Assembly: GCF_006345805.1 (NCBI RefSeq)
Contig: NC_042998.1
Location: forward strand, 146,692,001-146,756,000
Direction of reading: 5' to 3'
DNA: 64,000 bases
DNA from: Octopus sinensis
Lineage: Eukaryota
Part shown: positions 25,874 through 40,054 of the stretch, piece by piece
How the letters are laid out: the number at the start of each line of letters is the position of its first letter
How positions within the stretch are numbered: the stretch's first letter is position 1
Notes under the pieces: model-generated
What the model saw: the letters and a program-made list of their open reading frames with translations, nothing else
The model's database searches: none
Told to the model about the DNA's origin: nothing
Position numbers and translations under genes: made by a program

Positions 25874-27516
25874 TAATGCAATACGAAAGTATTGCTTTCC
25901 AGTAAAGAATAGCCCATGAGGGAAAATTATACATATAAGTAAATATATGGCACAATGAAGTACCGATATTTACTGGAAAATAGCGAACGTAATAAATACG
26001 ACGCTAATGTATAGCTTCACCGCGTATGTACTAGTAAAAATGCGTGTGTGCAACAAACTTGAAAAAAAGTGTCTTACCTCCAGGGAGAACATCTGAAAGA
26101 TGAAATACCTAGAAAGGGATAATGTGGGACCGGTTTCAGATTTTTCAAGATATGTCTGCACACATATACTTGATTTATCTTCATCAGCCAACATATACCC
26201 GACAACATTTCAGATGTTGCCACATCAATGCCAATACACTCGACTGAAACGCCAAAACACTGACAGAACTTCTTCACTGTTCTCGTTCTGTCAGCGTTTT
26301 GGCGTTTCAGTCGAGTGTATTGGCATTGATGTGGCAACATCTGAAATGTTGTCGGGTATATGTTGGCTGATGAAGATAAATCAAGTATATGTGTGCAGAC
26401 ATATCTTGAAAAATCTGAAGTCGGTCCCACATTATCCCTTTCTAGGTATTTCATCTTTCAGATGTTCTCCCTGGAGGTAAGACAATTTTTTTCAAGTTTG
26501 TTGCACACATGCATTTTTGCTAGTACATACGCGGTGAAGCTATACATTAGCGTCGTATTTATTACGTTCGCTATTTTCCAGTAAATATCGGTACTTCATT
26601 GTGCCATATATTTACTTATATATATATATATAATGTGTGCATTATGTGGTCGGTTGAGCTGAAAATATGCACACCTATGTTAAAAGTGCTGGCAAGTTTG
26701 CATGGCAACTATTTTTTTCCTCAAATGAAAGACGTGACCTCTAGGACAAAATTCCTCATCTTATAAAATGTGGCCCGAGTAGACCCGAATGAAATCGGGT
26801 TATATTAACCAAAATGTGAAAAGGTGTCTAAATGGGGCTGGAAGAGGATTGAAATTTACAGGAGCGAATTCTCTGTTACATTAAGCTAAAAAATTTGCGC
26901 CAGCCTTTAAATCTTCAATGTGTTGCCGTCCATCATGAACAAGTTTTGAATGCTTGCCATGGTGAGTCTACTGTCATGTGAAAGAATCACTTCAAAACTT
27001 GGTGTTTAGGAATTTTCTTTTACATCAAGTTCAAAATTTTACGCCAGCCGTTAAACTGCCACTATGTTGCTGTCCATCGTTAAGAAATGCCAGCCATGGT
27101 GACTCTACTATCTTCAGATTCTATCCCTACAAACTTTGGTTTCTAATATTTTTTTTATTTTCATTCAGCTTGCAAGTTCATCTGTCCCTTTTAAATGTTA
27201 GTGTTTTGCTGTCTGCCTTGAAGCAAGCCTTTCCGTTGTCACTGCCTGATATTTATGATTGATCTTTCAAAATATTTTCTTTCTCAACTTACTCAAGATC
27301 TTTTGTTGTTTATAAATGGGAGAGATAGATAAAGATATAGAGTAAGAGAAAGCAAGGGAGAGTCCGAGAGAAAGGAAGAGTAAGAGAGTGGGAAAAAGTA
27401 AGAGAGAAAGGAGAGAGAAACAAAGAGGGAGAATGTGGTGATAAAAAACAGAAAGGAAGCAACAGAAAGTAACAACCACACTCTTACCCGCGCATAGAGC
27501 AGGTCACCTTAAGCTA

Positions 27517-27517
<1 letters not shown>
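25288..27517 (+). mobile_element. Non-autonomous Helitron hosting a nested palindrome and (TA)n tract
   Basis: A|TCTATAAATCTG start, subterminal hairpin ACCCGCGCATAGAGCAGGT and ...AAGCTAG|T end. Pairing of these two ends is inferred. Confidence 0.55.
25933..26621. repeat. Near-perfect long palindrome with 337-bp arms and a 15-nt spacer
   Basis: Arm 25933-26269 is the reverse complement of 26285-26621, with about six substitutions by eye and no net indel. It explains the mirror-image ORFs in the track. Confidence 0.95.
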
Positions 27518-27559
<42 letters not shown>

Positions 27560-27867
27560 ATATACATACAGTCAATTCAAAGAACAAACAATTAAAAAAC
27601 AGAGAAAAAAGAAAAAGACGATAGTGAGGGCGTGCACAAGCAATATATTAATTTTATGTTCGGTGAAAGGAGAGAGTTGTTAACATTTCGAGCATAGTTC
27701 TTCATTGGAAAGAGGAAAATCCAAAGAGAAAGAAGGGAAAATAAGGAAAAATCGCCAATAATCCATGTGCAGTTACATTTCTGAAGCACACATTCACACA
27801 CAAATATAGATGCACATGCACACATAAAACAAACAAGAATTACACATAAGAGAGAGTGGCAAGGGTT

Positions 27868-28483
27868 TTGCTTAGTATGTGTCAAAGGGTCATTCAAGAA
27901 AGTTTGTGATGACTTTGTGGGCAACCATCGTTCAGAAGACTATGTGCAAGTTGTGATTGATCTACTGAGTCATTATAATGATATAGGATGTAACATATCT
28001 CTAAAAGTTCATCTGCTTCACTCTCATTTGGATGTTTTTGCAGAAAATCTTGGTGATGTGAGTGATGAACATGGCGAAAGATTCCATCAGGATATTTCAG
28101 TGATGCAGTGACGATTCAAAGGAAAATGGAATCCTGGTATGTTGGCAGACTACTGCTGGGGTATAAAAAAGATCACACTCCACACGTGAGGCTTAGAAGG
28201 ACAAAAGTTGTTTAAACTGACAGGTGTGTTTTTAATTCATAACCAATATATGTGTTGTTATACTAAATTTTTGTTTTGTTTTCGTAATTTTCAGTATTTG
28301 CAATGTTGTGTTCAATACGCAATATTATGCAGTATATTATAAAACATATGGTTCATGGTACAGGAAAATGGTGCCTAAACTGGAGAAATAAAGGTCAGAA
28401 TCAGAATCAGGACAATTTTTTGACCCAGAAACAAGTCTTACTTAACTTGTACTTTTTTTGAACCCGAAATTTGTTGCACAGTG
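27868..28483 (+). mobile_element. Chapaev3-like (CMC superfamily) transposon 3' fragment
   Basis: FVGNHRSEDY...GCNISLKVHLLHSHLDVFAENLGDVSDEHGERFHQDISVMQ*RFKGKWNPGMLADYCW, followed by the terminus ...TTGTTGCACAGTG. Confidence 0.75.
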
Positions 28484-28789
28484 AAATTTCAGCTACCGTC
28501 TGTTTAGGAAACTGTTTATAGAAACATTATTTAAATATGAAATGATCATTTTTTAATGTTAAAATCAAATATTTGATGCATCTATTTGATATTTTAATGT
28601 TGCCAAATAATTTTCCATTTTAAAGAGACACCTATTGAACTGCAGAATTGATTCAGTAATATTTTGATAAAAACATGGTTAATTTTTTTAAAATTCTTTG
28701 TATATAATGAGTTTATTGCTAGGTTTAAAAAAACCGTTTAAAAATATAATAATTACAACTTGTCATGGTTGTTTCATTTTGTTCATTTT

Positions 28790-30398
28790 CGAGTTTCGAG
28801 TGTGGAAGCAAGGGTTAGAATCAAAGGGCCTTAGAGTAAATGTAGCAAAGACCAAAGTTATAGTAAGCAGAAAGGCGAACTCAGCACACACCCTCTCGGG
28901 CAGGTGGCCCTGCTCGATCTGTAGGAAAGGTGTAGGTAGAAACTCCATAAGATGCACCCAATGTAAGCTGTGGACGCACAAGAGGTGCAGCAACATTAAA
29001 GGGAAATTAACAGATAAGATAGCTTTCATGTGCGGCAGATGCACAGGGACAATAGACACCACAGACACTCAGAAAACAGATTCCATCACACTCCAGGGAG
29101 AGAAACTAGAAGTAGTTGATAGTTTCCGCTACCTGGGTGACCAAGTTAGTAGTGGAGGTGGATGCACAGAGAGTATCACCACTAGAATACAAATAGCCTG
29201 GGCAAAGTTCAGAAAGCTCCTACCCCTACTGGCGACAAAGGGTCTCTCCCTCAGAGTGAAAGGTAGATTGTATGATGCGTGTGTGCGAACTGCCATGCTT
29301 CACGGTAGTGAAACATGGGCTGTGACTGCAGAGGACATGCGTAGACTTGAAAGAAATGAAGCTAGCATGATCCGCTGGATGTGTAATGTCAGCGTGCACG
29401 CATGACAGAGTGTAAGCACCCTGAGAGAAATGCTGGATATAAGAAGCATCAGATGTGGTGTGCAAGAGCGACGCTTGCGATGGTATGGTCATGTGCTGCG
29501 GATGTATGAGGAGAGATGTGTGAAGAAGTGCCACTCCCAAACAGTTGAAGGTATCAGGGGGAGAGGTAGACCCAGGAAGACATGGGATGAGGTAGTCAAG
29601 CATGACCTCAGAGCGTTGGGCCTCACTGAGGCAATGGTGATGGACCGAGATCTCTGGAGATATGCTGTGACTGCAAAGACCCGGGCTGCTTCCTGCATCA
29701 GTTCCGCATAGCCCCTGCCCATTCAAAGTACCCAGGATCCCAGAACGTCCCGCTGTGCTTGAGGAGACCTGTTGAGTCATGAACATGAACGTCAAAATAA
29801 ATATCAATGGAAATAGTAGTTGTGATGCTTGTGCCGGTGGCACATAAAAAGCACTATCTGAACGTGGCCGATGCCAGCGCCGCCCCGAGTGGCTTCTGTG
29901 CCGGTGGCACATAAAAAGCACCATCCAAACGTGGCTGATACCAGCGCCGCCCTGACTGGCTCCTGCGTGCCGGTGGCACATAAAAAGCACTATCCGAACG
30001 TGGTTGATGCCAGCGTCAAAAGCACTATCCGAACGTGGCCGATGCCAGCGCCGCCCCGACTGGCTTCTGTGTCGGTGGCACATAAAAAGCACCATCCGAA
30101 CGTGGCCGATGCCAGCTCCGCCCCGACTGGCTCCTGTGCCGGTGGCACATAAAAAGACCATCCGAACATTGCCAGCGCTGCCTTGGCTGGCACGTTAAAA
30201 GCTTCAACCGATCGTGACCGATGCCGGACCCCCCCCCTGGCACGGAGTGGTTGGCGTTAGGAAGGGCATCCAGCCGTAGAAACTCTGCCAGATCAGACTG
30301 GAGCCTGGAGCAGCCCCTGGCTTCCCAGACCCCGGTCGAACCGTCTAACCCGTGCTAGCGCGGAAAACTGACGTTAAATGATGATGATGATGATGATG
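28790..30398 (+). mobile_element. RTE-clade LINE, 5'-truncated (RT C-terminus, PHD-like finger, thumb, repeat-rich 3' UTR)
   Basis: WKQGLESKGLRVNVAKTKV...LEVVDSFRYLG...RLRWYGHVLRM...RGRGRPRKTW. One in-frame stop at 29403-29405. (GAT)n tail. Confidence 0.9.
29831..30180 (+). repeat. Tandem ~65-bp minisatellite in the LINE 3' UTR
   Basis: About five units of GTGCCGGTGGCACATAAAAAGCAC(C/T)ATCCGAACGTGGCCGATGCCAGCGCCGCCCCGACTGGCTTCT. Confidence 0.9.
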
Positions 30399-31434
30399 TA
30401 GTTATTTCCATCATTCAAAAATGCAAGTTATTATTTTTTTTTTTTATCAAATGGTCATGTTTTATGACAATTAGTCACATGAAACGAATTTTATAATGAA
30501 GCAAAATTAAAAAATTTTTGTTTTATATACCCAGGCTTATTCCCCATTTTTTTAGGAGTGGGTAGCCACAAGACACACACCAGGCACTCCATTCATTTTC
30601 CAGCTCAAAGAGGTGAGCTCCGTTCTATGCTTGGGTCAAGGCATAGAGTGCAACCCCCAATATCAACAGCGGGACCCGACAACATATGCTGGTTTACCTT
30701 GCCACATGATGCTGGTTCCATAGCCCTTTGAGCAACATCAAATTCACTCATCCATCCACAAAAACTCTCCAAGCTTTCCTATAATCTATTACCTCTCTCT
30801 CATTCCAACATCTCTAACTACCAAAGCTTTCCTCACTCCATCCATCCACACGAACTGAGGTCTGCCACTGGTTCTGCTGTCTACCACTTCTGTCTTCAAC
30901 ACCCTCCTTCCCATCCACTCCTCATCCAGTTAGAGAGATGATGAGTGGTAGTGGAGTCTTGAGGAGGAAATTGGGTGAAGGGCCCAGTTGTGCATGTGCA
31001 CACACACAGTGCATTCAGAACTTAGTTTCACTGATGTGAGCAGGTCTTTTCAAAAACTGCATATTGCTAGTCAGCTTGGTTTTTGTGATCTCTTTCACAT
31101 GTTTTAAGGTCCTGAGATCAACCTTCACCACCTCATCCCATGTCTTTCTGGGTGCTCCTCTTCTGCAAGCTCCATCCAAATTCAGTGATTGGCACTTCTT
31201 TATACAAATGTCCTCATCCATTTGCATCACATGTCCAAACCAATGCAGTCATCTTTGTTACATTTTGCATCTAATTCCTCTTATACTTACACACACACAC
31301 ACAATATTTGTGAGTAAACATTTTTGTTGTCAAGGTATTTTTTTCTGACAATGATAAAGCCTGCCTTTTCTTCACAACATATTTCCTGAATGATGCCTAT
31401 TGCCCAGCTGTCTACTCACAGCAGAAATTTGGTT

Positions 31435-31785
31435 CTTTTATTCTTTTATTTGTTTCAGTCATTTGACTGCAGCCATGCTGGAGCACTCCCTTTAGTTGAA
31501 CAAATTGACCTCAGGACTAATTCTTTGTAAGCCTAGTACTTATTCTATTGGACTCTTTTGCTGAACTGTTAAGTTACAGGAACTTAAACACATCAACATT
31601 GGTTGTCAAACGATGGTGGAGAGACAAACACACATATATATATACAATGAGCTTCTTTGAGTTTCCATTTTCCAAATCCACCCACAAGGCTTTAATCAGA
31701 CACTTGCCTAAGGTGCCATGGAATGGAACTGAACCCGGAACCATGTGGTTGGTAAGCAAGCTACTTACAACACAACCACTCCTTG
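31435..31785 (-). mobile_element. tRNA-derived SINE copy
   Basis: High similarity to 258-625. Confidence 0.75.
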
Positions 31786-32906
31786 AATTAAATAGTGAGA
31801 AAATATAAATGGTAACAACAATGCCTAATTGAAAGATCTTTTAAAAGGACAGGAAATATCATGGACATGGGATGTGAGAAAAATATTTTTTTCTGGGAAA
31901 TAAGAATAATTAACAAGGCATGTTTAGTTTGCTACAAGTTTTTTTTTCTTTCTTTTATATTTTGTTTCACCTCACTGTATAAAGACATGACCTCTTAGTA
32001 AAATGTTGCATAAAATAAGTGAAACTGAAAAGAAATTTCTTGATTTCTAAATTATGAAATCTAAACAATGTTTTGCAAGACACAAGGAAAAACATATTTA
32101 ATACATTGCCAGAATAAGACAATTATCATCTGATATGTTGTAACATACATTAACCATCTGATATAGAAAAGTAGTGAATTACTGTTCAGCTGGGGTGAAT
32201 ACATATCTCACAGTTGGCACTGCTTACTTAATTACTCTTTTCTGTTTTATTTTTCAAAAACTAGGTTTTAGAATCTTTTATCTTTTCTTTTACTTGTTTC
32301 AATCGTTAGACCCAAGTACTTCGTTTGGTTAAAGCCTGGTACTTAGTCTATTGATCTCTTTTGCCAAACTGCTAACTTACAGGGACATAAACACACCAAC
32401 ACCAATTGTAAAGCAGTGATGGAGGGGACAAACACAGACACAAAGACACATGCACATAGATATATACATACATTCAACAGACTTCTTTCAGTTTCTGTCT
32501 ACTAAATCTACTCACAAGGCTTTGGTTAGCCTTTATTTCATGCAGCAATCTGTAACAGCTCAGAATACTGAGCACACACAAAACACTATTTCCCTCATCC
32601 TCATACCCATCTCAAAGCACAGATAGACTTTTAAATGTGCATACACCCACTAATCCCTGTCTTCCTTTTAAATTCTCCTCATAGAATCACATTCTCATTA
32701 GACCCTTAATCATTTGTTTTCTTTTTCTTTTTTCTGTTCTCTCTCTTCTCAACTACTTTTCCTCTTTCACATTCCCCCTTTACTTTTCTTCTGACTAAGG
32801 ACTACCATTCAAAATGCTAAGATTCTTTCCTTTCCTTTAAAGCATCAAACAAATATTTATAAAAATTTGTCCCTCCAATGTTATCTTTTTTTTTGTTCAT
32901 TGTCTG

Positions 32907-32957
<51 letters not shown>

Positions 32958-35737
32958 ATGCTAGTGAATCCCATGTAAAATTCTTAAGTGATACAACTGC
33001 CAGTCAGGATATTTGAAGCATTATAAAAGTGTCTTGCTAGGAAATATAACTAAACAACTGCAGTAGTTTTAAACTTATGTTCTATACCTTATTCACTCAA
33101 TCACACATTTAAGAATTTGTAGAAATTTGATCAGATTATTTTCCTACAACTAATGTGAAACAATTCAAATTGAGCATTAGCTGCATCAACAGTCTCTTCT
33201 CATCATAATCTATGAAGTTTTTAAAAAAGTAACTTACTACTCACATGAGTAAGTGTAAAAGCTGATATTGCTGTAGTAAAATGGATGTAAAACTACATTA
33301 AAAAATTATTTAAATTCAAATAATTTTATGAAGATATTTATAAGTTCTGAGAAAAATATAGCCAGAAGAAATGAAAAATATTTGATCTACCAGGTATAGG
33401 TAAGGCTCTTTTAAGTTGTTAAACATCTTTAGAAAGAAAACAAAAACTAAATAAAAGGAATTTGTTTTCCATTTCGCAAAATGATTTTGTTGGCAATTGA
33501 AAACTTTTAGAAATCTTATATAAATTTATTCAACTATTGGGTAAATATTTCAAGATATATATTCTTGATATTGCATTTTTTCTCTTTTAATGAAGTGGAG
33601 TTAGTGCAAAGAACTTGGCTAGAAGATGTTAGTTTATTATCCTGTATTTCTGGATTTAAATTTTATTAGATTTAACATTTTTTTTTCTACTGAACCATTG
33701 AGAATTGATATCAATAATACTTCTCCCAACTAAGAAAAATGTGTTTACAGAAGAAATCAATATCTTATATGAGCCAATGCAGAATGTCTTCTTTTTTTTT
33801 CACTTACTTTGCATATTCTCCATTTTCACTGTCAATATTTCAGCAAGCTGGTAGAATCGTTAGCATGCTGGGCAAAATGCTTAGTGGCATTTTGTCTGTC
33901 TTTACATTCTGAGTTCACATTCTGCCATGGTCAACTTTGCCTTTCATCTTTTCAGGATCCCCAAATTTGCTGGCCTTGTGCCAAAATTTGAAACCAGTAT
34001 TTCAGTTAGATCAACTTTGTTTTTCATCCTTCTGATCTTGATAAAATATCACCAAAACTGGTTGGTTTAATCTTTGTGGACTTCATCAAAATTTGTGGCC
34101 TTGTGCCAATATAAGAAACCAATGCTTCTGTTACCCAGTGATATAGTTCTGGTACAGTGGTTCTTAACCAAGGTGTGTGTACCATTTGGCAGTATAGGAC
34201 TCAACCCTCTATTTATCATTTTCTATAAATGCATACAACAAAATCCTCATAGCTTTATTTCCTGTTCTATTCCTGGTTATCCACATATAAAATAAAACCA
34301 TATTATGAAATATCTTTTGATGTCATACTAATTCCTAAGAAGACTGGTAATGATGGGTTTAACAGTAGTGATGGGTTTGTGGACATATTGGATATACTTT
34401 CATGGGGACTGGAATCACAAAAAGGCTAAGAACCTTTGCTCTAACACATACAACATAAAAATAATCTTTCATGTAATATGTCCACAATAGTAAATTTGTG
34501 CATGATTTGGTGGTTAGTCTGTTGAGCTCACAATCATAAGATAATAGGTCAGATTCATGCTGCCCTTGACTATTCAGATGAAAATGAATAGACAAATTGC
34601 TGGGAAACAATTTTTAGCTGGGTAGACCTCTCTCCATCTAGCTGTTACATCCTTGGTGTTCCACAGGAGGGTCAAGACAGTATCTATCTACACACAATGA
34701 CAACAGAGGTGCCTAAAACAATTAGCGAAAGTATGATACAAGTTACCAGCTCATACTCATTTGCAAGTGATGGCTAAGTTTTTCTTTCAATATAACTTGT
34801 TAAGTGATTATAAATGATGGGAGAAAATTAGAATAAGATGTAAATAAAAGGTTTTAGTTTATATTTTCAACATATCATTTAATATCTGTATTCCATACTG
34901 GTATGGATTGGATAGTTTGACAGGAAGTGACTAGTCAGAGGGCTGTATTAGACTCCAATGCCTGCTTTGGCATGGTTTCAGCAATTGGATGCCCTTCCTA
35001 AATCCACCCACTTTACAGAATATACTGGGTGTTCTTTTCATGGCACAGACACTAGTGAAGTCAAGTAATTAACAAAACAAGACCTTCTTGACAGAGTTGG
35101 GGTGCAGAATTGAGGAAGGTGGCTTAGTGTCAGATGTTGAGAGGCTATAACATGATAGGGGGATAAGAACAGATGTTCTGCTGTAGAGGAGACACATGGC
35201 TACTCTAGCAGGAAACTGAAAAAGAATGTTGGCAATAAGGTATCAGGGTGTACTCTCAAGAAAGAATAGGGAAGAGAATCAAGGATGGCTGGGTAATAAA
35301 AAATGATCTATGATAAAGTTCATCCTTTTCTCACTAAGTGGTTGTTCTCTGAAAAGATTAAAAAAATCTACAACTTAAATTCTATATTATGTATTGTATG
35401 AAATTATGCAGTTCTCTTAACTTTTGAAGATCGACTCATAGTAACTGCTTCATGTAGCTTACAGATCTTCATATGTCACAAACCAAAGCTAAAGGGTGGT
35501 AGTAGAGACTTGGCAATAAAGTTTAACTGGTGAAACTAGAATATAGGGATCAAATTTGAAAGAAACTAGCCTGCTAACCAAATAAATTCATGCCATAAAA
35601 AAAAAAAAAATCACTTGTTTTTTTTTTTGGGTCTCATGTTTAGATAAAAAAAAAAGTTTGTAGTGTTTGCATTACTTCAAATATCCCTTAGTTAAGCATA
35701 TATAGATTTTTTCAGAAATAACTGGTGCAAGTATTTT

Positions 35738-36992
35738 ATCATCATCATCGTCATTGTTTAACATCTGCTTTCCATGTTGGCATGGGTTGGACAGTTTGAC
35801 TGAGGACTGGCAAGCCAGGAGGCTGCACCAGGCTCCAATCTGATCTGCCAAGGTTTCTATAGCTTGATGCCCTTCCTAACGCCAACCACTCCAAGGGTGT
35901 AGTGGGAGATTTTTACATGTCACAGGCACAGGGGCTAGTCAAATGACACTGGATTTGATCATGCTTGAATAGTGCTTTTTATGTGCCACCGGCATTGGAG
36001 CCAGTAAAGTGGCACTGGCATTGACCACGCTTGAATGATGTTTTTTACATGCAACTGGCACGGCTATGATTACACTTGACTCAACAGGTCTTCTCGAGCA
36101 CAGCATATTGCCTAACAATTGAAGAGTACTTTTAAATGGACCGGTTATGCAACACTGGCATTGGCCACAGCTATGATCACACTTGGCTTGTTGGGTCTGC
36201 TCAAGAACAGCATATCTCCAAAGATCTCAGTCACTTGTCATTGTCTCTGTGAGGCCCAATGTTCCAAGGTTGTGCTTCACCACCTCATCCAATGTCTTCC
36301 TGGGTCTACCTCTTCCACAGGTTCCTTCCACTGTTAGAGTGTGATACTTCTTCACACAGCTGTCCTCATCCATATGGAACATATGACCATACCAGCGCAG
36401 TCAACTCCCTTGCACACTACATCTGATGCTTCTTATGTTCAACTTTTCTCTCAGGGCACTTACATTCTGTCGTGTATGCACACTGACATTACACGTCCAG
36501 CAGAGCATACTAGCTTCATCTCTTTCAAGCCTACGCATGCCCTCAGCAGTCACTGCCCATGTTTCACTGCTGTATAGCATGGCTGTTCACATAGATGCAT
36601 CATACAGTCTACTTTTCTCTCTGAGTGTGAGGCCCTTAGTTACCAGCAGAGGTAGGAGCTCTCTGAACTTTGCCCAGGCTATTCTTCTGGCATGTAATGG
36701 AAACTGTTTTCTGTATAACTTCAGTGTCTATTGCCCTTGTGCTTCTTCCACACACAGAAACTATCTTCCCAGTTGACCTTCCTTTGATATTGCTGCACCT
36801 CTTACATGTTCATAGCTTACACCAGATACATCTTTATGGAGTTTTCCTGTATATGGCTTGGACAGCTCTCACCAACCACTCATCTATCCCTATTTATTGC
36901 GTTGACCACCAGATAAGGTATTGGAGGACCCTGCCAAAAGCTTTCTCCATGTCAATGAAAGCCAAGTACAGAGGCTTATCTTTGGATAAGAA
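35738..36992 (-). mobile_element. RTE-clade LINE fragment with internal deletions
   Basis: The reverse complement matches 28790-30398 and adds a more 5' RT piece (KPLYLAFIDMEKAFGRVL). Confidence 0.8.
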
Positions 36993-37507
36993 TTTACAGT
37001 GAAAGAAAAACTATCAGTACAAACACAAAGTCAATGTGGTTATAATTTTTAGTTTTTTTTGCTGGGTTGAGTGTAACAAGTTGTAACATGTTCAATCCCA
37101 TGGAATGGCTTTCGTGTTGCAATGACAATACAATGAGAATCTTTAAAAGGTTCAGAGAACTGAAATGATAGTGATTCAATGGATATTAATGAGATAATAT
37201 CAATAAAGTGGATAACAACAATTGATTCTAAGAAATAGAAAGGGCAATGAGTGTATTAAGTATGTGTGCATGCATGTGTATATACATACATACTATATAC
37301 ACACACATACACACATACTATACATACACATGTACACACACTGTACATGCACAAATGCACACACACACACTCACACGTACATATTCAAACATATATACCT
37401 GCTTGTTTAATAGGTTTGTGTAGTTGAAACACGAAACATGCACTCAGTGAGGGATTCAACTGTTGTTTGCAGAATCAAAATAATATTCAATATAAAGAGT
37501 GTTTAAT

Positions 37508-37720
37508 GTGGCAAGCTGGTAGAATCATTAGCATGCCAGGCAAAATACTTAGCAGCATTTCATCTGTCATTATGTTTTGAGTTCAAATTCAGTCAAAGTT
37601 GGCTTTGCCTTTCATCCTTCGAGGTTGATAAAGTAAGTATTAGCTGAGCGCTGGGGTCGATGTAATCAACTTACCCCACTCCTCTAAATTGTTGGCCTTC
37701 GGCCAAAATTTGAAAACCAA
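37508..37720 (+). mobile_element. Second SINE family
   Basis: GGCAAGCTGGTAGAATCATTAGCA...GAGTTCAAATTC motif, repeated at about 23245-23370 and 33840-33995. Confidence 0.65.
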
Positions 37721-38649
37721 TATAATAGTGTTTACTTTGAAATTTCAACATTAAAACTGGTTTCTCAGTTTTACAATTAAGCTCAAGCATAGCTGTATAG
37801 AGAGTGCCTTTGAGAACCACATGTTTAGGGACTCAGTCCCATTGCATGAACACAGTCAGTTGGTACTGTCTACTTTAGCCATGATTTGACCAATGCCTTC
37901 TCGGTGAAATTTGGTAGATGGAAACTGGAAGAAACTCATCATATCGAGGTATGTTTATTATATATATATCATGGACTCTCCTGTCGGTTTCAAAGTATGA
38001 GGATCCAACAACCAGCATTTTATTTGTCAGTCATAATGCTAATGTCGAATATGACATTTGAATCCCACCAACAATTTGCAAAAAAATCCACAGATGTTGC
38101 AAGTGTGAGGGTTACAGGTCAATGCAGGTAGTATATTTGCAGTTGCTTTTCTCTTTTGACTTGCATCCCTTAGCCTGTTAATGCTGATTGAAACAAAGTC
38201 ACTTACACTATTTTGACATACACACACATAATTTTTTTCCAGTCTCCTGTTTTGAGGTATCTTTTATATTTTACTGGGGCAGTGCCCCAGAGTGGCCACA
38301 GTCTAATGACAGAAACAAGTCCATGATCTCTCAAGACCAATGGATGCCTTAGTGTCTGTATATATATCATCATCGTTTAACATCTGCTTTCCATGCTGGC
38401 ATGAGTGGGACTATATATATATATATAAGTTGATAATCGAAATCAATTTGTCTCTCCATTTTCTTATTTGTATTATGAATTTATGATAAAAATATTTTTT
38501 ACCTTCACCCATTCAATACAATAAATGAATTAAATGCATTGCAATTAATAGCATTTATGTTTTTAGTATTTGGGTACTTTACCAGCAGTATATGGGATAA
38601 CTGATATCTCATAGTGGGTTACTTTCATAACCCCTATCTTACTTTGTAC

Positions 38650-39851
38650 TATATACATGCATACATATTTATACATACATGCCTACATATATATACATTC
38701 ATACATGCATACATATTTATACATACATGCTTACATATTTATACATACATGCATACATATTTATACATACATGCTTACATATATATACATTCATACATGC
38801 ATACATATATATACATTCATACATGCATACATATATATACATGCATACATATATATACATGCATACATGCATACATATATATACATGCATACATATATAT
38901 ACATGCATACATATATATACATGCATACATATATATACATGCATACATATATATACATGCATACATATATATACATGCATACATATATATATATATATAT
39001 ATACATACATACATGCATACATATGCATACACATACACACATATATATATATATACATACATGCATACCTATATATATGCATATTTATATATATGCATAT
39101 ATATATATGCATATATATATATATGCATATATATATATATGCATATAATATATATGCATATTTATATATATGCATATGCATATATATATATATATATGCA
39201 TATATATATATTATATATATGCATATATATATATATTATGCATATATATATATATATTGCATATATATATATGCAATATATATATATGCATATGCATATA
39301 TATATATATTATATGCATATATATAATATATATGCATATGTATATATATATATATATATATATATGCATTATATATATATGCTATATATATGCATATGCA
39401 TATATATATGCATATATATATATGCATATATATATATATATATTATATATATGCATATATATATGCATATATATATTATATATGCATATATATATATGCA
39501 TATATATATATATATATAATATATATATGCATATATATATCTATATGCATATATATATATATATATATATGCATATATTATATGCATATATATATATATA
39601 ATATATATATATGCATATATATAATGCATATATATATATATTATATATATATATATATGATATATATATATATGCATATATATATATATGCATATATATA
39701 TGCATTATATATATATATATGCATATATATATATATGCATATATATATATGCATATATATATGCATATATATATATGCATATATATATATGTATATATAT
39801 ATATATCTATATATATATATATGCATATATATATATGTATATATATATATC

Positions 39852-39882
<31 letters not shown>

Positions 39883-39897
39883 GCATATATATATATC

Positions 39898-39939
<42 letters not shown>

Positions 39940-39949
39940 TATATATATA

Positions 39950-39991
<42 letters not shown>

Positions 39992-40017
39992 TATATATAT
40001 ATATGCATATATATATA

Positions 40018-40054
<37 letters not shown>

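Noticed and set aside
25970-26584. Paired identical ORFs on opposite strands (126 aa and 74 aa)
   Set aside because: These follow directly from the palindrome and show no recognisable protein motif.
29831-30180. CRISPR-like array of hairpin-containing repeats
   Set aside because: The intervening sequences are copies of one another rather than unique spacers, the array lies in a LINE 3' UTR, and there are no cas genes in this eukaryotic context.
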